A stretch of DNA of 64,000 nt from Takakia lepidozioides (taxonomy: Eukaryota; Plantae; Bryophyta): positions 23,746,001 through 23,810,000 of the forward strand of contig CM060731.1 in the NCBI GenBank assembly GCA_030704615.1, written 5' to 3'. Position numbers and translations under genes: made by a program. Shown in pieces: positions 51,278 to 64,000 of this stretch (the first letter of the stretch is position 1; each line of letters starts with the position of its first letter). The notes beneath the pieces were generated by a model. It had not been told where the DNA came from. It ran no database searches and was given only the letters and a program-made list of their open reading frames with translations.

Positions 51278-51770
51278 CTCCTCGACAACCAGCTCCCCTT
51301 TCACCATAGCCAAGTTGTGGAGGGATTATCAATGTTCGCTTTCCACCTGCATGCCAAATCTCACATCCGTTTACAACTTACATCCTCCTGACCCAAAAAG
51401 CCGCAGCAAATACATAAAGCATAATATCCATAGGATACATGTTCCTATAGCCCATTCATATCATTTAATCAGATAGGTGTGTGGAATTGCTTTTGTAATG
51501 TCGGGCTCAATTACATATCCTGCAGCCTTCAAGTTGCTTCAGCTGAAGTAGCATCGTGCAGGTACAATGCCTTTAAGAGTGTCATGTCCAGCCAACTCCC
51601 ATGAGAACTGGTCAATAGATTTTCATCTACAACATCCCTCTTTCCCTCTGCATTTGTGCACATGCACATTTAAACAACAACAGAAATGACATTGATTGCA
51701 ACAAGGGCCAGGTGAAGCCAAACGAACCTGCCAACATTGGGGGTATGCTGTCAGCACACCACAATGCCGG
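51278..51770 (-). pseudogene. Chloroplast FKBP-type PPIase (FKBP13-like) fragment: two exons with the intron retained
   Basis: ADSIPPMLA, then a GT-AG intron (51727-51347, phase 1), then GGKRTLIIPPQLGYGERGAGCRG (51346-51278) followed by GT. Confidence 0.82.
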
Positions 51771-52120
51771 ATTTATTTGTCGGTATTTGAACCGGTTAGG
51801 AGGATCGCCAACCATGTCTCCAGTTTGTAATAATCAGCCTCCAGGTGGCAGGCGCTTGTCAAAGGAAATTTTTTCTTTCAATGATATCTTTTTCTTCTCA
51901 TGTACAGCAGCAAAGCCTACCTTCTTATCCGAGTCCTTTGGCAGTCCCAATGCTTCATCTTCATCCTCAAAATTAGGCTTCTCTATGATATCCAAATTTT
52001 TGGGTCTTCATCAAGTTCGGCATCCTCTGACCCATAATAAATTGAGCACAAAAGATTTCTTCATTTTCTTGTCATACTTGTCAGGATCAAAAACTTCCTC
52101 CAAATCCTCCTTGTCCACAA
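51770..52120 (-). pseudogene. KRI1-like (40S ribosome biogenesis) gene fragment
   Basis: DLEEVFDPDKYDKKMKKSF..YYGSED..EKPNFEDEDEALGLPKD..KISLKEK..DYYKL..DMVGDPPNRFKYRQINP across frameshifts. Confidence 0.78.
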
Positions 52121-52493
52121 CTTACAGCCCTCTAGAGCTGGCACCAGCAACAATCCATATTTTTCATCTAGGCCATCATCATTGGCAAAGTAAATTTGCC
52201 CCTACCTCTATTGACATAAGATGCCTCTATTCTCACTGTGGAATTAGACCGGGAGAACCATGCACTGGTATGAGCAGACTCTTACATGGCAAAGAGAGAG
52301 AGAGAGAGAGAGAGAGAAGACTCCGGCCGAAGCCGGCGTAACTAAGAGCCACTTCGCCTTGCGGCTACTGCCCCTTTTCAGGGGTGGGCCCTATGTGAAA
52401 TGCCAGTGCCCAGGGGGCAACAAATGACCGGCTGATGGAGAGAAGCCCGAGCCAAGGGTACCACATGGTACCCAAAGGGACCCACGGGGTACC

Positions 52494-54289
52494 TGTTAGA
52501 GGGCTGCTTGGGACTTGGACGCTTTTACGGGTTCTGTGGGGTACCCTTAATTTTTGCGCAGACTGAGACCAACAGGAGCCTCAGGGGTGGCAGGAGCAGG
52601 CTTTAGGGGGGTTACACAGCCCGTCACATTCTATCACAACTTGACACAGCTTTACACAGCCCGACACAACTTCACACAGCCCGACACAGCTTCGCACAGC
52701 CAGTCACAGCCCGACACAGCTTTACATAGCCCGACACAGCTTCACACAGCCCGACACAGCTTCGCACAACCAGTCACAGCCCGACACAGCTTCACACAGC
52801 CCGACACAGCTTCGCACAACCAGTCACAGCCCGACACAGCTTTACACAGCCAGTCACAGCTCGACACAGCTTGACACAACCTGTCACAGTACATGAGGAA
52901 CAGTTATCATTGACAGGGAACGACTGTGTGGGAACGACATCTGCAGAGGGAACGTGTTACTTCAGGGGTGACGGTTAGTTAGTTAGGTGGTTAGAACAGC
53001 TTGCGGGTAGATTAGGCAAAGCGGCAACAGGAAGGGGATCACTTCTTGAGGAGGGTGACTTGTTCAGGAGGGGAAGAGACGTAATGAAGAGCGGAAACAG
53101 TGAAGAGGAGATGATGACTTGAATGAGGCTTAGTTCATGCAAGCTGTAAAAATATACAGTAGGGTAGAATAGAGACAACATGGCATAGGCATGATACATG
53201 ATTAATCTTAATCCGATACTGAATCGATACAAACATACTGTGTAAAGAGACACGAGAGAAGCTGTGGAATGAATGCATGATTAATTGGAACTTAGTAGAT
53301 ACTGAAGCAATCTGATTCTTCAGTATACACGGTAAGGTAAATTGATAACATGAAGGCAGGAAGGAATATAAATATGAAGCACAATCATGATTCACTAGCT
53401 GCAGGTCATGACTGATTATTCTGAGCGGGCTGAGTGCTAAGTATCCAACTCTTCTATCTTGGAGTTTCCACCTTGGATAGCGAAGAGATGGATGAGTAAA
53501 AGCCGCACGACATTTGGCGACCATACTGGGGAACTGGGTCATGAACAACCAGATGTGACAGACATCTGGTGGGATCATGGTGGTTGGAGAATTAAAGAAT
53601 TTGATGTGAATCAAATTCCCTGTGGAACTGAGAAGGAAAGATTGTCTAAACAATTCTTTCAGAGGTTCTTGGAATTGCCAGACGGTTGTAAAGAAAACAT
53701 TCTTAAGAGAGTGCATGATGCTGACCCTGAGTGGGGTCTGGAGAAAGGAATGATAAAGATTTATCAGGTGGCCTGTAGAGGAAGAGCATGTCAAGTTAAA
53801 TAAGCACAGTGTGAAACTAACTAGAATAAAGCTAGTTAAGCTAGTTATTTGTATTTAACACTTGGATTTAGGTCAAGTGTTAAATCAGGTGTCAAGTTTA
53901 GTTTGACACCTGAACCGTCTTATCTTCACGAGAGCGTCAGTCGCGCAGCTCATCTCTCTCGAGTTGAGCCTGCGCGACCAAGCTCCTTCATCGTTTAAAA
54001 GCTGAGTGTGCTTATGATGGGAGGATAGGTTGTTGTGGGGTGGAGTCCCCATAGCTTGGGGTGCCCCTGGCTCGACTATTATCTTAAAGAGTGATGTTGC
54101 TGGATTCATGTTGTTTCTTGTGTGAACAGTGTGTTCTTAGCTTTCTTATCACTCGAGAGAGATGAGCTGTATCTAGTTTTCTAGTGCTAAGCTAGATGTG
54201 ACGTTTTTGTTTTTAAGCACTATTATAATATAGCTTGGTCACGAGAGCCGGTAGTTAGACTGGCTATGTGTGCCTAGTGGAGCATAACA
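52494..54289 (+). repeat. LTR of a Ty3/gypsy family (TGTTA...TAACA, 1.8 kb) with an internal CACAGC minisatellite
   Basis: Starts TGTTAGAGG like the LTR at 63573 and ends TAACA; 10-bp CACAGC-core tandem units at 52615-52890. No PBS follows and the flanks (GTACC / GGAAG) are not a TSD. Confidence 0.8.
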
Positions 54290-54388
54290 GGAAGGCAGGA
54301 ACCACTCAAAGTGTCGCTGCAGCAGTTCTAACCTCCTGGGAATGTAGCGGGTCCAAGCTTTTTACAACAAGCAGGTGGGCTGGACCTG

Positions 54389-55114
54389 CTGTTTGGGTCT
54401 AAGAAGACTGGGTCGGCGGATAGGCCTCTATGGTTCCCAGGTGCAAAGGCCCCGTCTTGGGCTGGATGGATCCTTGGTTGGTGACTACGGTTTCGATCCA
54501 CTGTCCCTGGGAAAATCTCCAGAGTATCTGCAGTTCGAGCTGGATTCACTGAACCAGAACTTGGCTAAGAACCCTGCTGGAGTTGTGATCGGAACCCGTC
54601 TTGATAAGAAGAAGGATATCAACCCCACTCCCTTCCGACCATACAGTGAGGTGTTCGGCCTCCAAAGGTTCAGGGAATGCGAACTGATCCAAGGTAAATG
54701 GGCAATGCTTGCCATTGTTGAGCGTTGTCTGTCAAGACGTTCACTGGCGTGACATGGCAAGATGCTGTAAAGGTGGAACTTGCTGATGGTCCCTCTTACT
54801 TCGGTCTCTCGTTGCCGTTCAACATCTCTGCTCTTGTCTGGATTGAGACTCTTGTGGTAGGATACATTGAGTTCCAAAGGAATGCCGAGTTAGACCCAGA
54901 GAGGCGTCTGTATCCTGGTGGCAAGTACTTCGATCCCCTCGGACTGGCAGCTGACCCCGAGAAGAAAGAGGTTCTAAAACTCGCCGAAATTAAGCATGCA
55001 AGGCTGGCCATGGTTGCTGCTTTGGGTTTTGCTGTGCAAGTTGCTGCTACAGGCAAGGGTCCCTTGGACAACTGGGCCACGCACCTGAGCGATCCACTCT
55101 CACTTGCCTGCTGA
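54389..55114 (+). pseudogene. LHCB4: Lhcb4/CP29 chlorophyll a/b-binding protein pseudogene, intronless and frameshifted
   Basis: [39 protein letters not shown] (CP29-specific insert)..[39 protein letters not shown]; A-tract at about 55136-55152. Confidence 0.93.
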
Positions 55115-55187
55115 AAGCACCCATCAGCTTTCTTGAAAAAAAAAAAAAAAAAACTGTCGGCCTTGTCAGTCTTGTTCACCAAAATCA

Positions 55188-55517
55188 GTGGGACGTGTAG
55201 GCATTACCAAGGCACCAGTGAAGGTTGTTGACTTTACCAAGCGAAGTGTGGTAGAGGGCGAGAATGTTGTCATTTGCCACAACGTTATGTTTCCTTCGGC
55301 TCTCTACTACTGCCATCATGTCACAGGAACCAAGGTGGTGCAGGCGTCGTTGGCAGCTGTAGATGGATCAATCATTCACGCAGTCGCCATATGTCATTTG
55401 GATACTAGTCTCTGGGCATCAGAGCATCCTGCCTTCACGGCTCTCAACATTATTCAGGGAGCCGAAGCATGCCATTGGTCAACTCAGAATGATCTCATCT
55501 GGGTGCCCTCCCACTGA
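55188..55517 (+). pseudogene. BURP-domain C-terminal fragment
   Basis: Four CH dipeptides: VICH..YYCH..AICHLDTSLW..HPAF..ACHW....DLIW. Confidence 0.88.
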
Positions 55518-56213
55518 TGAGGTCCGACCTCTGCTCTCGTTGCTACCGTTTCCAAGTAGTTCTGGGGATCGTAAGGTCAGCTCAGTGGAAAGTACTCTTG
55601 CCTATTTCCCTGCCAATCGCCCTTTAACCTGCAACGGGCCTCTTGAATAGGCACATATAACAGCCATCAACAACAATTTTTGCATGCGTACCTACATAGG
55701 TTTTCAGTGTTGATGCCCAGACACAAGGAATTTCAATTTGCTGTAAAGTGTTAGGCTGTAGCAGTCTGTCTGCATGACTTCTCAAAATCTGCCGCTGATG
55801 TAGAGCTGAAAGGCATGTGGAAATGCCTTGAGACTGTGTCGGAGATCATCAATCTCGGATGCGCTTAAGCCCAGGCGCTCGAGCTCTGCCGTTGTCCCCA
55901 ATTCGGAGATGCAGGGCAATCCGTTATCGCACGCCTGCTGCTCCAGGGTGTGATACCCCATCCATAACTGAGGTCGAGTCTTGGAGTTGGAGAGTTCTTG
56001 GTGCCTGGAGAAGCCTAGAGGGGAACGGCCTCGGGAACCCATAGATAACCTGGGAACAGGTTGTAATGGCGAGAACGTTTTGGTGTTAAAAAAAAAAAAA
56101 AACCTTTTGATCTAATTTAAATGATTTAGAGCCTAACTGGTCATAACTTTGTCAGATGGACTCCGTTTGACTCAGTTTTTGGAAAAATAGAAATCCTAGA
56201 GGAACCAGCCACT

Positions 56214-59200
56214 GTGAGTTTACAGGATGAAGTGGTGACTAGTTGGACAATCACAGCTGATGAGCAAGTGAGGGAAGTCAATGTGGGAACTAAAGAGGAA
56301 CCGAGGATGGTGAAGGTAGGAGCTGATTTGGAGCCAGAATTCTTTGAAGAAGCTAGGAGTTTGTTCATCAAATACAGAGATGTATTTGCTTGGAGCTATG
56401 AGGATTTAAAAGGGATACCACCTGAAATCTGTCAGCATAAGATTGAACTGGTGGCTGAGGCTAAGTTTATATACCCAATAGAGTATACAACTTGGTTGTC
56501 ACCCATTGTGATAGTTCCCAAGAAGAATGGTAAACTAAGAGTTTGTGTGAACTACAAGAAGCTGAATGCTTGTACGAAGAAAGATCCTTTCCCTTTGCCA
56601 TTCACAGAAGCAGTATTAGACACTGTGGCAGGCCATGAGATGTACTCATTCATGGATGGCTTCAGTGGTTATAATCAAGTGCAAGTGGCAGAAGAAGACC
56701 AAGGAAAAACAGCTTTCATCACAGACTGGGGTGCTTATGCATACAAAGTCATGCCCTTTGGACTTTGTAATGCACCAGCGACCTTTCAGAGAGTGATAAG
56801 TGAATCTTTTCATGAGTATCTGGATGATTTCATGCAGGTATTCTTGGATGATTTCAGTGTGTACAGCTCTAAGAATGAGCACTTGCATAAATTGGAGTTA
56901 TGTCTGGCCAGATGCAGGATGAGAGGTCTGGGCCTGAATCCAGAGAAGTGTACTTTCTGTGTGAACTCAGGGGTGCTTCTGGGACACATCGTGTGTAAGA
57001 GGGGACTTCTTGTGGATCCCAGGAAGACCGAGGCCATTAAAGCCTCTCCACCACCAGTGAATGTTAAGAGTCTAAGGAGATTCCTTGGACAAACCAGCTA
57101 TTACAGAAGATTGTCAGACGGTATGCACAGATAGCAGCACCATTGAGCAAAACTTCTGAAGAAAGATGCAGTGTTTGCATGGACACCTGAATGTCAACAA
57201 GCTTTTGAGGAACTTACATTGTCAGTAACAACTACACCTGTGCTGATTAGTCCTCACTGGCAGGAAATATTTCATGTTCACTGTGATGCTTCTGGAGAAG
57301 CACTAGGAGCAGTGTTAGCCCAAAATGAAACAGGAAGGATAGATTCACCTGTGTACTATGCTAGCCAATTGATGAACAATGCCGAAAGAAATTATAGCAC
57401 AACGGAAAGAGAAGCATTGGCAATGATCTATGCAGTGAAGAAATTCAAGCATTACCTGTTGGGCAAGAAGTTTATGTTCTATGTGGATCACCAGGCTCTG
57501 ATATACCTGGTAAACAAACCTCTGATAAGCGGAAGAATAGCAAGATGGTTGATAATATTGCACGAGTTTGAGTTCGAGGTTGTTTACAAGCCTGGGAGAC
57601 TGCATCTTGTGGCGGATCACTTGTCACGGTTATCAACAGGAGAACTAGCCACAGGAGTAGATGATCAATTACCAGATGCGAGTCTATTTGCAGTGGAGGT
57701 GCAGGGAAGTGCAGATGACTGGTTAGATTGGTAGTGGCCAATCAGATACTACCTTGCTCATGGTCAGTGCCCACCAAGTTATGGAAAGGAGCAGAGAAAG
57801 AGAATTGCTATCAAGGCTCTACCTTACACTTTGGTAGGGAGCAGAATGTATAAGCTAGGACCAGATGGAGTGCTGAAGCGATGCTTATACCACCATGAAG
57901 TTAATAAAGTTTTGGAGGAAGTTCATAAAGGAGTGGCAGGAGGTCATTTTGGAGAAGAGACTACCAGTATGAAGATATTACTCGCAGGTTACTGGTGGCC
58001 TACTTTGTTCAAAGATGTACACAAGTATTGTCAGGTTTGTGATGAATGTCAGAGGCTAGGACCTTTGCAGAGATCTGGGAAAATGTCTTTGCATCCTACA
58101 ATGCCTACGGAACCATTTCAGAAATGGGGACTAGACTTTGTTGGACCAATTAACCCACCAGCCAAGAATACACAGAACAGGTACATAATTACAGCCACTG
58201 ATTATACTATGAAGTGGGTGGAAGCTAAAGCTTTGAGGGACAACACAGCCAAGTCCACAGCAAGGTTTCTGTATGAGAACATACTTACACGATTTGGCTG
58301 TCCCTTGGAATTTATCAGTGATCAGGGAAGTCACTTCATTAATGAGACCATTGAATTGTTGACTAAAGAGTTCATGATTGTGCATAGGAAGAGGACAACA
58401 TATTACCCACAGGGTAATGGGCAGGCAGAGGCTACCAACAAAATACTATGTACTATCTTGGCTAAGATAGTCAATGCAAACAGAACGGATTGGGATACAA
58501 AGCTGCTGGCAGCTTTGTGGTCATATAGGACTTCATATAAAGTCACCACTAAGTATACACCATTCCAATTAGTTTATGGTATGGAAGCCTTACTTCCAGT
58601 GGAATTCCTGTTACCTACCATGAGAATGGAATGGGGAAAGAGAATGGAATTGCAAGATTCCATTAAGGTCAGGAAACATGAATTATACCATGTGGAAGAA
58701 GTACGTGCTGATGCAGCTGATAATATGACCATAATTCAGATGAAGAGAAAGGAACAGTTTGATGAAGGCAAGTTAAAAACTTTTAAGACGGGAGATTTAG
58801 TTCTATGGTTGCAGAAGAAAGGAAAGATTAAAGCTTCTAAGCTTAAATCACCATGGAAAGGACCTTATGTCATACAAAAGATGTATGATAACAACACCGT
58901 CATGTTACAAACCATTAACAAAGAGATGCTGGGAAGAGTCAATGCTAATAAGTTGAAGGGGTACAGTGGTATCCATGACAAACCATTGCAACATGATTTG
59001 CATGTTGAAACGCAAAAGCAGTCACGGGCTGCACCAGTGATATCAACGGAGTATAGAGCACTTGTTGCTAGGCCGAGCATATATGACCAGGGCGGGCAGA
59101 ACAAGCGCGACACAACCTATCCCAGCCCATCGTGGCGCGACACAGCCTATCACAGCCCATCAAGGCGTGACACAACCTATCACAGCCCATCACGGTGCGA

Positions 59201-59663
59201 CACAGCATATCACAGCCCAGCACGGAGCAATACAGCCTATCACAACCTACCACAGCGTGTCACAGCCTATCACAGCTTACCACAGTGCAACACAGCGTAT
59301 CACGGCGTACCACAGTATGACACAGCCTGTCACAGCTTAACACAGCCTACTAAGGTTACACAATCCATAGAATCAGTGACAGGTGGACGCAGGATAACTT
59401 CACGGAAATGGCCGGCGGAAGAAAGGACGGAAGCCAGTTTAGAAAGGGACACGTGGAAGTCAGGGCGCAACACACAGCTGAGAAGGAAGTGCGAGAACGG
59501 ATGTCGTCAAGAAAGAGGACAAGAATGGCTGTCAAAATACCTAATTAGCACGTCGATTCGGATGAATGGCGGGCCCATTAATGAATACGAAAAAGGGGCA
59601 ACAGAACAAACGGCAAGTACAGAAAAGCAAAATTCTTGTCACATGTGTTATCCTAGTGGATAG
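56214..59663 (+). pseudogene. Ty3/gypsy pol (RT, RNase H, integrase); 5'-truncated, frameshifted, with a deletion at the start of RT
   Basis: WLSPIVIVPKK, MDGFSGYNQ, MPFGLCNAPATFQ, FLDDF; CDAS, NYSTTERE, VDHQAL; HHCC H..GGH..CDEC, GLDFVGP, SDQGSHF, GQAE, WKGPY; RT-RH-IN order. Confidence 0.95.
59105..59345 (+). repeat. 30-bp tandem repeat (CACAGCCTATCACAGCCCAT..) read in frame as RDTAYHSPS-like repeats
   Basis: About 8 units; same CACAGC core as the LTR minisatellites. Confidence 0.85.
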
Positions 59664-60059
59664 TCCAGCAAAGAAAGTCCACTAAAGAAAATTAAATCTA
59701 AAATCCAGTCACAGCGATTACAGCCAATCGAAAGCCAGAGAAGGGATCAAGAAATTGGAGGGAAATTAAGCGCAAGAGTCGGCGTCGTTCTAAGTAACGG
59801 GCGTCGCGACAGGACAAACCATCAATGCGATAGCTTTGAAGCTATGGAGGAACTAATAGACTATACGCTCGCAATATTACTTACGCAGTGGCATAGGGAC
59901 GAAAGAACAGAGCGGATATTTTCTCTTGATCGATGCTTGCAAGCCCCGCAGGCTTACAACAAATTACCCATAGCTTTTTGTAGCAACCATACGTTTATGC
60001 TTTGTGCCCTGCAGGCATTTCTTCAGTTGTTATAGCCAAAACATTTCTGTGGGTCTAGA

Positions 60060-63000
60060 ATGAAGAGAGTGAGAGGAATGGAGGAAATCAGGGTGAAGAG
60101 CACCACAATCCTGCAGAAACAAACGATTGCTACTCCACAGGCGATACAGTTACTGGAGGAGCTGAGATTGCAAGGATTGTAAAGCAAAGATTGGACATTG
60201 CACCATAGACAGTACATGTTACAATTCTTGCAGAACTTTGAGCCAAGGACAGGAGCAACAACGGTGAAGGGAGTTGAATTAGTAATTACTCCCCTATACC
60301 TACAGCAATTGTTTCGATTGCCAGCAGGTCAGGTGCATGTGGAGGAGCACAAGGCAAGACTGCAAATAGGGGACTTATTCCAAGAATGAAGGTCCTGCTT
60401 CCAGTAATAGCAGTTCTCTGTGCTGCTGTGCCCCTTCCTGCACAAAAACTTGGGAAGCATTATCATGCGGATTCCGTGAAGCCAGTGGATCCGCCACTAC
60501 AGTCTTTCCCCGCCTCTGTCTCTTATTCTTGGGTTGCCCTGCCAGTCCACCCTCACTGTGTGAAGAGCCTTGCTCTTCCATTGCAGTGGTTTCTGGCTCA
60601 AACACTCCCATCTCCTTTCTTTCTCGCGCATCAAGTATGTCAGAATCAAGAATTATTTGAGCAATGATTGGGCCAGACACTATGATAGGAGACTTTGCGG
60701 CAGTACCCTGTAATCTTTTCATCTCCTCTACCAGTGCGTTGTACATTATGTCCGCCCATTCTACCTCTTCTCCTCTCAGGGCTTTGAGTATTTCTTCTGT
60801 GAAGGATCTGCTCAAATACTGTTGGTTCTGTTTCATGGCAAACAGAACGTTCAATACCTGGCCTACCTCCCTTAGCCCTGGGTACACGGCCTTGGTACAA
60901 GCATAACCCTGAGTTTTAATGGGAATATCTAACCCTTCTTTTTCTAAATCAATTATTTCTGGTTGAACTGCATGGACAACTTGTGGTGACAGGTGGTGGC
61001 AGAAATTGAGAAGGGGGACCTTCTCTATGAATATTCTGGTATGGTCAAGGACACAGTGATTCCGGAGGTGCAACGGTTGTCCAAGGGAAACCCTGCGGTG
61101 CATATAATACACACACCTGTGACGGAGGTACCACAGGTAGAATGTCAAAACACTGCAGCACCGGTGACGGATGAAGTGGTTCAGGAAGAAAATCTGGTGG
61201 GGCAATGGCCTGAATGGTTCGTAAGGCATCACATTGTTGAGGATCAGGGATAATAGCAGCAAGCTCACCAAGATGACCCTCAACAGGCTATGCTTATGAG
61301 TTCCATAAACATGACACTGAATTTGTTGGGTACTTATGTCAAATCCTATGTTCCCACTACTCAATTGGCAGCGTTGAGGGAGGAACTCAAGAAAGAGTTT
61401 GAGGCTCGACTTGCCACAGAGTGTGCAAACAAGGTCGATGAAGAGGTGACTCTCAAGATGCAGCAAGACTTGGAGAGTAAAGAAGCGGCTTTGCAATTGG
61501 CCAAGGAACAATTGATTGAGGCAGACCTCGCACAAGACCACTTGCACGAAGCACATAAGCAACAGCTATACCAAATGCAGGTGAAGCATGAAAGCAAGTT
61601 ACAAGAAGTGAATGCACTACATATGGAGTTGCAGACAGTGCATGACAGGATGGCCATACAATGTGCTACACTCACAACTATGCTTGACCAATCTACAAAA
61701 AAAATAAACAGTCAAGCGGAAAAATGTACGAAGGCAGAGGAAGAGAATGTTGAGCAAATGAAACTCATTGTCGATATGAAGAATACAATCTGTCGCAATG
61801 AGGATACTTTCAAGCAATACAGGCAGGTTGAAGCTGACCAAGAGAGGCACATCCTGGAGTTGCAACAAACGGTCATGGCCAATAGAAATGAAATCTCGGT
61901 CACTAACAAGGCTTGGAAGGAAGCCAATAATCTGCTTGCTGCCTATGCGAATTTGGTTGAACCTCATGCGAAGCGCATGGAGGCTTTACAACAGCAGTTA
62001 GATGTGTACAAACTCAGAGAGGAACACACTCTCAGAGGAACCACAAGCAACTTGGTGGATAACCACCTTATGCAGGTCTGGTTAGCACAAGGGCCAGTGG
62101 AGGGCAAAGCACCACGAAAGCTCACCCAAAGCGAGATGAATGAGCTCAGGCTGCAAGTGCAAAACATTGCCACAACTACTATAGACAATGTCTATAGTAG
62201 GATAGCGGAGTTACAGGAGGATGTAGACGACCTGCAGACTCAAGTGGAGGACCTCACTTCAAATATCGACAAAAGAGTCTATATATCTGAGGAACAGCTA
62301 ATGGCTTCTTATTTACAAGCCAAAACTTTGGCTTTTCAGTCTTCTTCACAGGAGGTGCAGGAGATGCCAATGGTACAAGAGCCAGTGCCACCAACACCAC
62401 AACAAGTCACTGTGCCAGTAGCTGACCCTGTTGTTACTACAGCCACACCACGGCCACCACAGCCTGAGGTATGGGGCAATGCTGTTTTTAACCCACCTAA
62501 AACTCCAGCTGCAAGGGAGTACAGTAGGGCTATGATTATGCCCTTCAACCAAATTCCCATTGTGTTGGATTTGGTTTGGAAAGAATTTAGTCCTCCGCAG
62601 TCATTGGCACATTACTATCAAATCATGTGCATATGGCTTCCAGTGGCAACTAAAACTAAAGTTCTTCCGAACAATCGACCAATTGAGGATCATCACTTTG
62701 CACAGTACTGGCATGAGGCAGGTACCATGTTGAAGGAATTAATTGCCTTCCAAGTTGTACATGGATTCATTTATACCAAGACCAAGGAGGTAGCAAGTAT
62801 TGTCATAGGATGCGGGTTATACTACGCTGCTTGTTTTCTGGTACGTTATCACATTGAGCAGCACAAGATGCAATCGCGCTTTCTGAGTTATTCCAGTGGG
62901 GATCATTGGGTCTTACCTGCAGTGCCACCTCATATGTACCTATATGAGGCAAAAGTTATGATACAAAAAGGATTCTCAAATTCGTTCATGGTTTCATGCG

Positions 63001-63534
63001 GCCTGGAACAATTTGTCAACACAGAAATTCGGCCTTGATGATATTTTCTCTAAAGGACATGAGGCATGGAAATACTTGCACAATTCACAGGTCATTGGTA
63101 CCCCACTCACCTGGACAGACAAGGAGCTCAGGGTCTTCACCAATTTTGCCATTCAGCGTTTACAACAAGTTTTAAAATATAAACTTCCAGACATGGTAGG
63201 ACAACATTGTATGCCCCAGAGGATTCCACAAAAAGTTCGACAATTAAAACACCTGAGAGGCGATGAGGATTCTGATACAACTGTTTCTTCAGCGGATTCT
63301 TTTGACATGGGAGAAGACTATGCAATTAAGATGGCAGAGAAGAAGCGACGGGGGTCTCCTATGCCTGAAAGGTTACCTCGATATCAGCCTCCAGAGGGCC
63401 TCACATATCCAGGTAGTGTTCAATCATCTCCGTCAACCAGTGACAGACCTCGGGCTCGTACACACAGTCCGCCACGAAACTCTCAACGTCAGAAAGGTGC
63501 TCGCTCACAAAGGTTTGCTAATCCCAATCAGTAA
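60060..63534 (+). pseudogene. Additional post-pol ORF of the gypsy element (Athila/Tat-like extra ORF with long coiled coil), disrupted
   Basis: YMLQFLQNF..VKGVELVITP..LFRLP motif; apparent continuation on the minus strand at 60378-60930; 582-aa coiled-coil-rich frame at 61290-63038. Confidence 0.65.
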
Positions 63535-63555
63535 ACCGTGAGGACACAACTTTTT

Positions 63556-63569
63556 GAGAGGGGAAGGGG
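63556..63569 (+). other. Polypurine tract
   Basis: GAGAGGGGAAGGGG, 3 nt before the LTR start. Confidence 0.85.
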
Positions 63570-63572
63570 TAA

Positions 63573-64000
63573 TGTTAGAGGACTGTCTGGGACTTAGACA
63601 CTTATACGGGATCTGTGGGGTACCCTTAATTTTTGCACAGACTGAGACCAACAGGAGCCTTAGGGGTGACAGCAGCGCACTTTAGAGGGGGGTTACACAG
63701 CCCGTCACAGCCAACACAGCCCGTCACAGTCGGACACAGCCGACACAGCCAAACACAGTCAACACAGCCCGTCACAGTCCGACACAGCCGACACAGCCAG
63801 ACACAGTCAACACAGCCCGTCACAGTCCGACACAGCCAACACAGTCGTCACAGTCCGACACAGCCCGTCACAGCTTCGCACAGCCGTCACAACTTCGCAC
63901 AGCCGACACAGCCCGACACAGCCACACAGCCAGTCACAGCCCATCACAGCCCAACACAGCCGTCACAGTTTCACAGCCAGTCACAGCTTGACACAGCTGT
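63573..64000 (+). repeat. 3' LTR (truncated by the window end) with CACAGC minisatellite
   Basis: TGTTAGAGGACTG..GGGGTACCCTTAATTTTT..GACTGAGACCAACAGGAGCC is homologous to the sequence from 52494. Confidence 0.9.

Larger units (their letters stand above)
34347..52300. mobile_element. Second CACTA element; left end defined, right end not found (end coordinate is a placeholder)
   Basis: CACTAGTACAGATT..TTTATGACT at 34347; ATGACTAC/GTAGTCAT subterminal repeats at 34370-34990; Tnp2 at 45688-49345 with a divergent TnpA-like gene. Confidence 0.75.

Noticed and set aside
52554-52874. 106-aa ORF with repeated QPDTASH
   Set aside because: Translation of the LTR minisatellite.
52494-64000. A single intact full-length LTR retrotransposon
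   Set aside because: No PBS, gag or protease; the LTR starts are visibly diverged; the TSD cannot be verified.

Overview
Eukaryotic land-plant DNA, probably a seed-free plant given the PLS/DYW-type PPR fragments. It is almost entirely a stack of nested transposons, and I found no intact host gene. Left to right: (1) the 3' part of a CACTA element with a frameshifted SET-domain gene and a decayed Tnp2; (2) a PPR pseudogene; (3) a 25.7-kb Mutator-like element (8438-34165, 9-bp TSD TCGCCGTCG) containing a related 11.4-kb element (20518-31880, 9-bp TSD TTCTAGGAG) inserted at the splice acceptor of its transposase gene; (4) a second CACTA (from 34347) with Tnp2, a TnpA-like region with an FCP1-like domain, a nested 5-kb Pack-CACTA (36038-41001, TSD TTC) and KRI1/FKBP13 fragments; (5) a Ty3/gypsy LTR retroelement region with Lhcb4 and BURP fragments. 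The main candidate for an undescribed system is the pair of Mutator-like elements. Each encodes a GCM-like/DDE/SWIM transposase plus a divergently transcribed multi-exon gene fusing a ParB/Srx-like domain (VWDGNHRLLAW) to a beta-class N4C/N6A DNA-methyltransferase-like domain. Each also carries many copies of its own 22-bp palindrome (outer GGAAATGCGG-NN-CCGCATTTCC, spaced near multiples of the helical repeat; inner TGAATGTCGT-NN-ACGACATTCA). This suggests a ParB/parS-like self-recognition or anti-silencing module. All domain assignments are from motif recognition by eye, not database searches.
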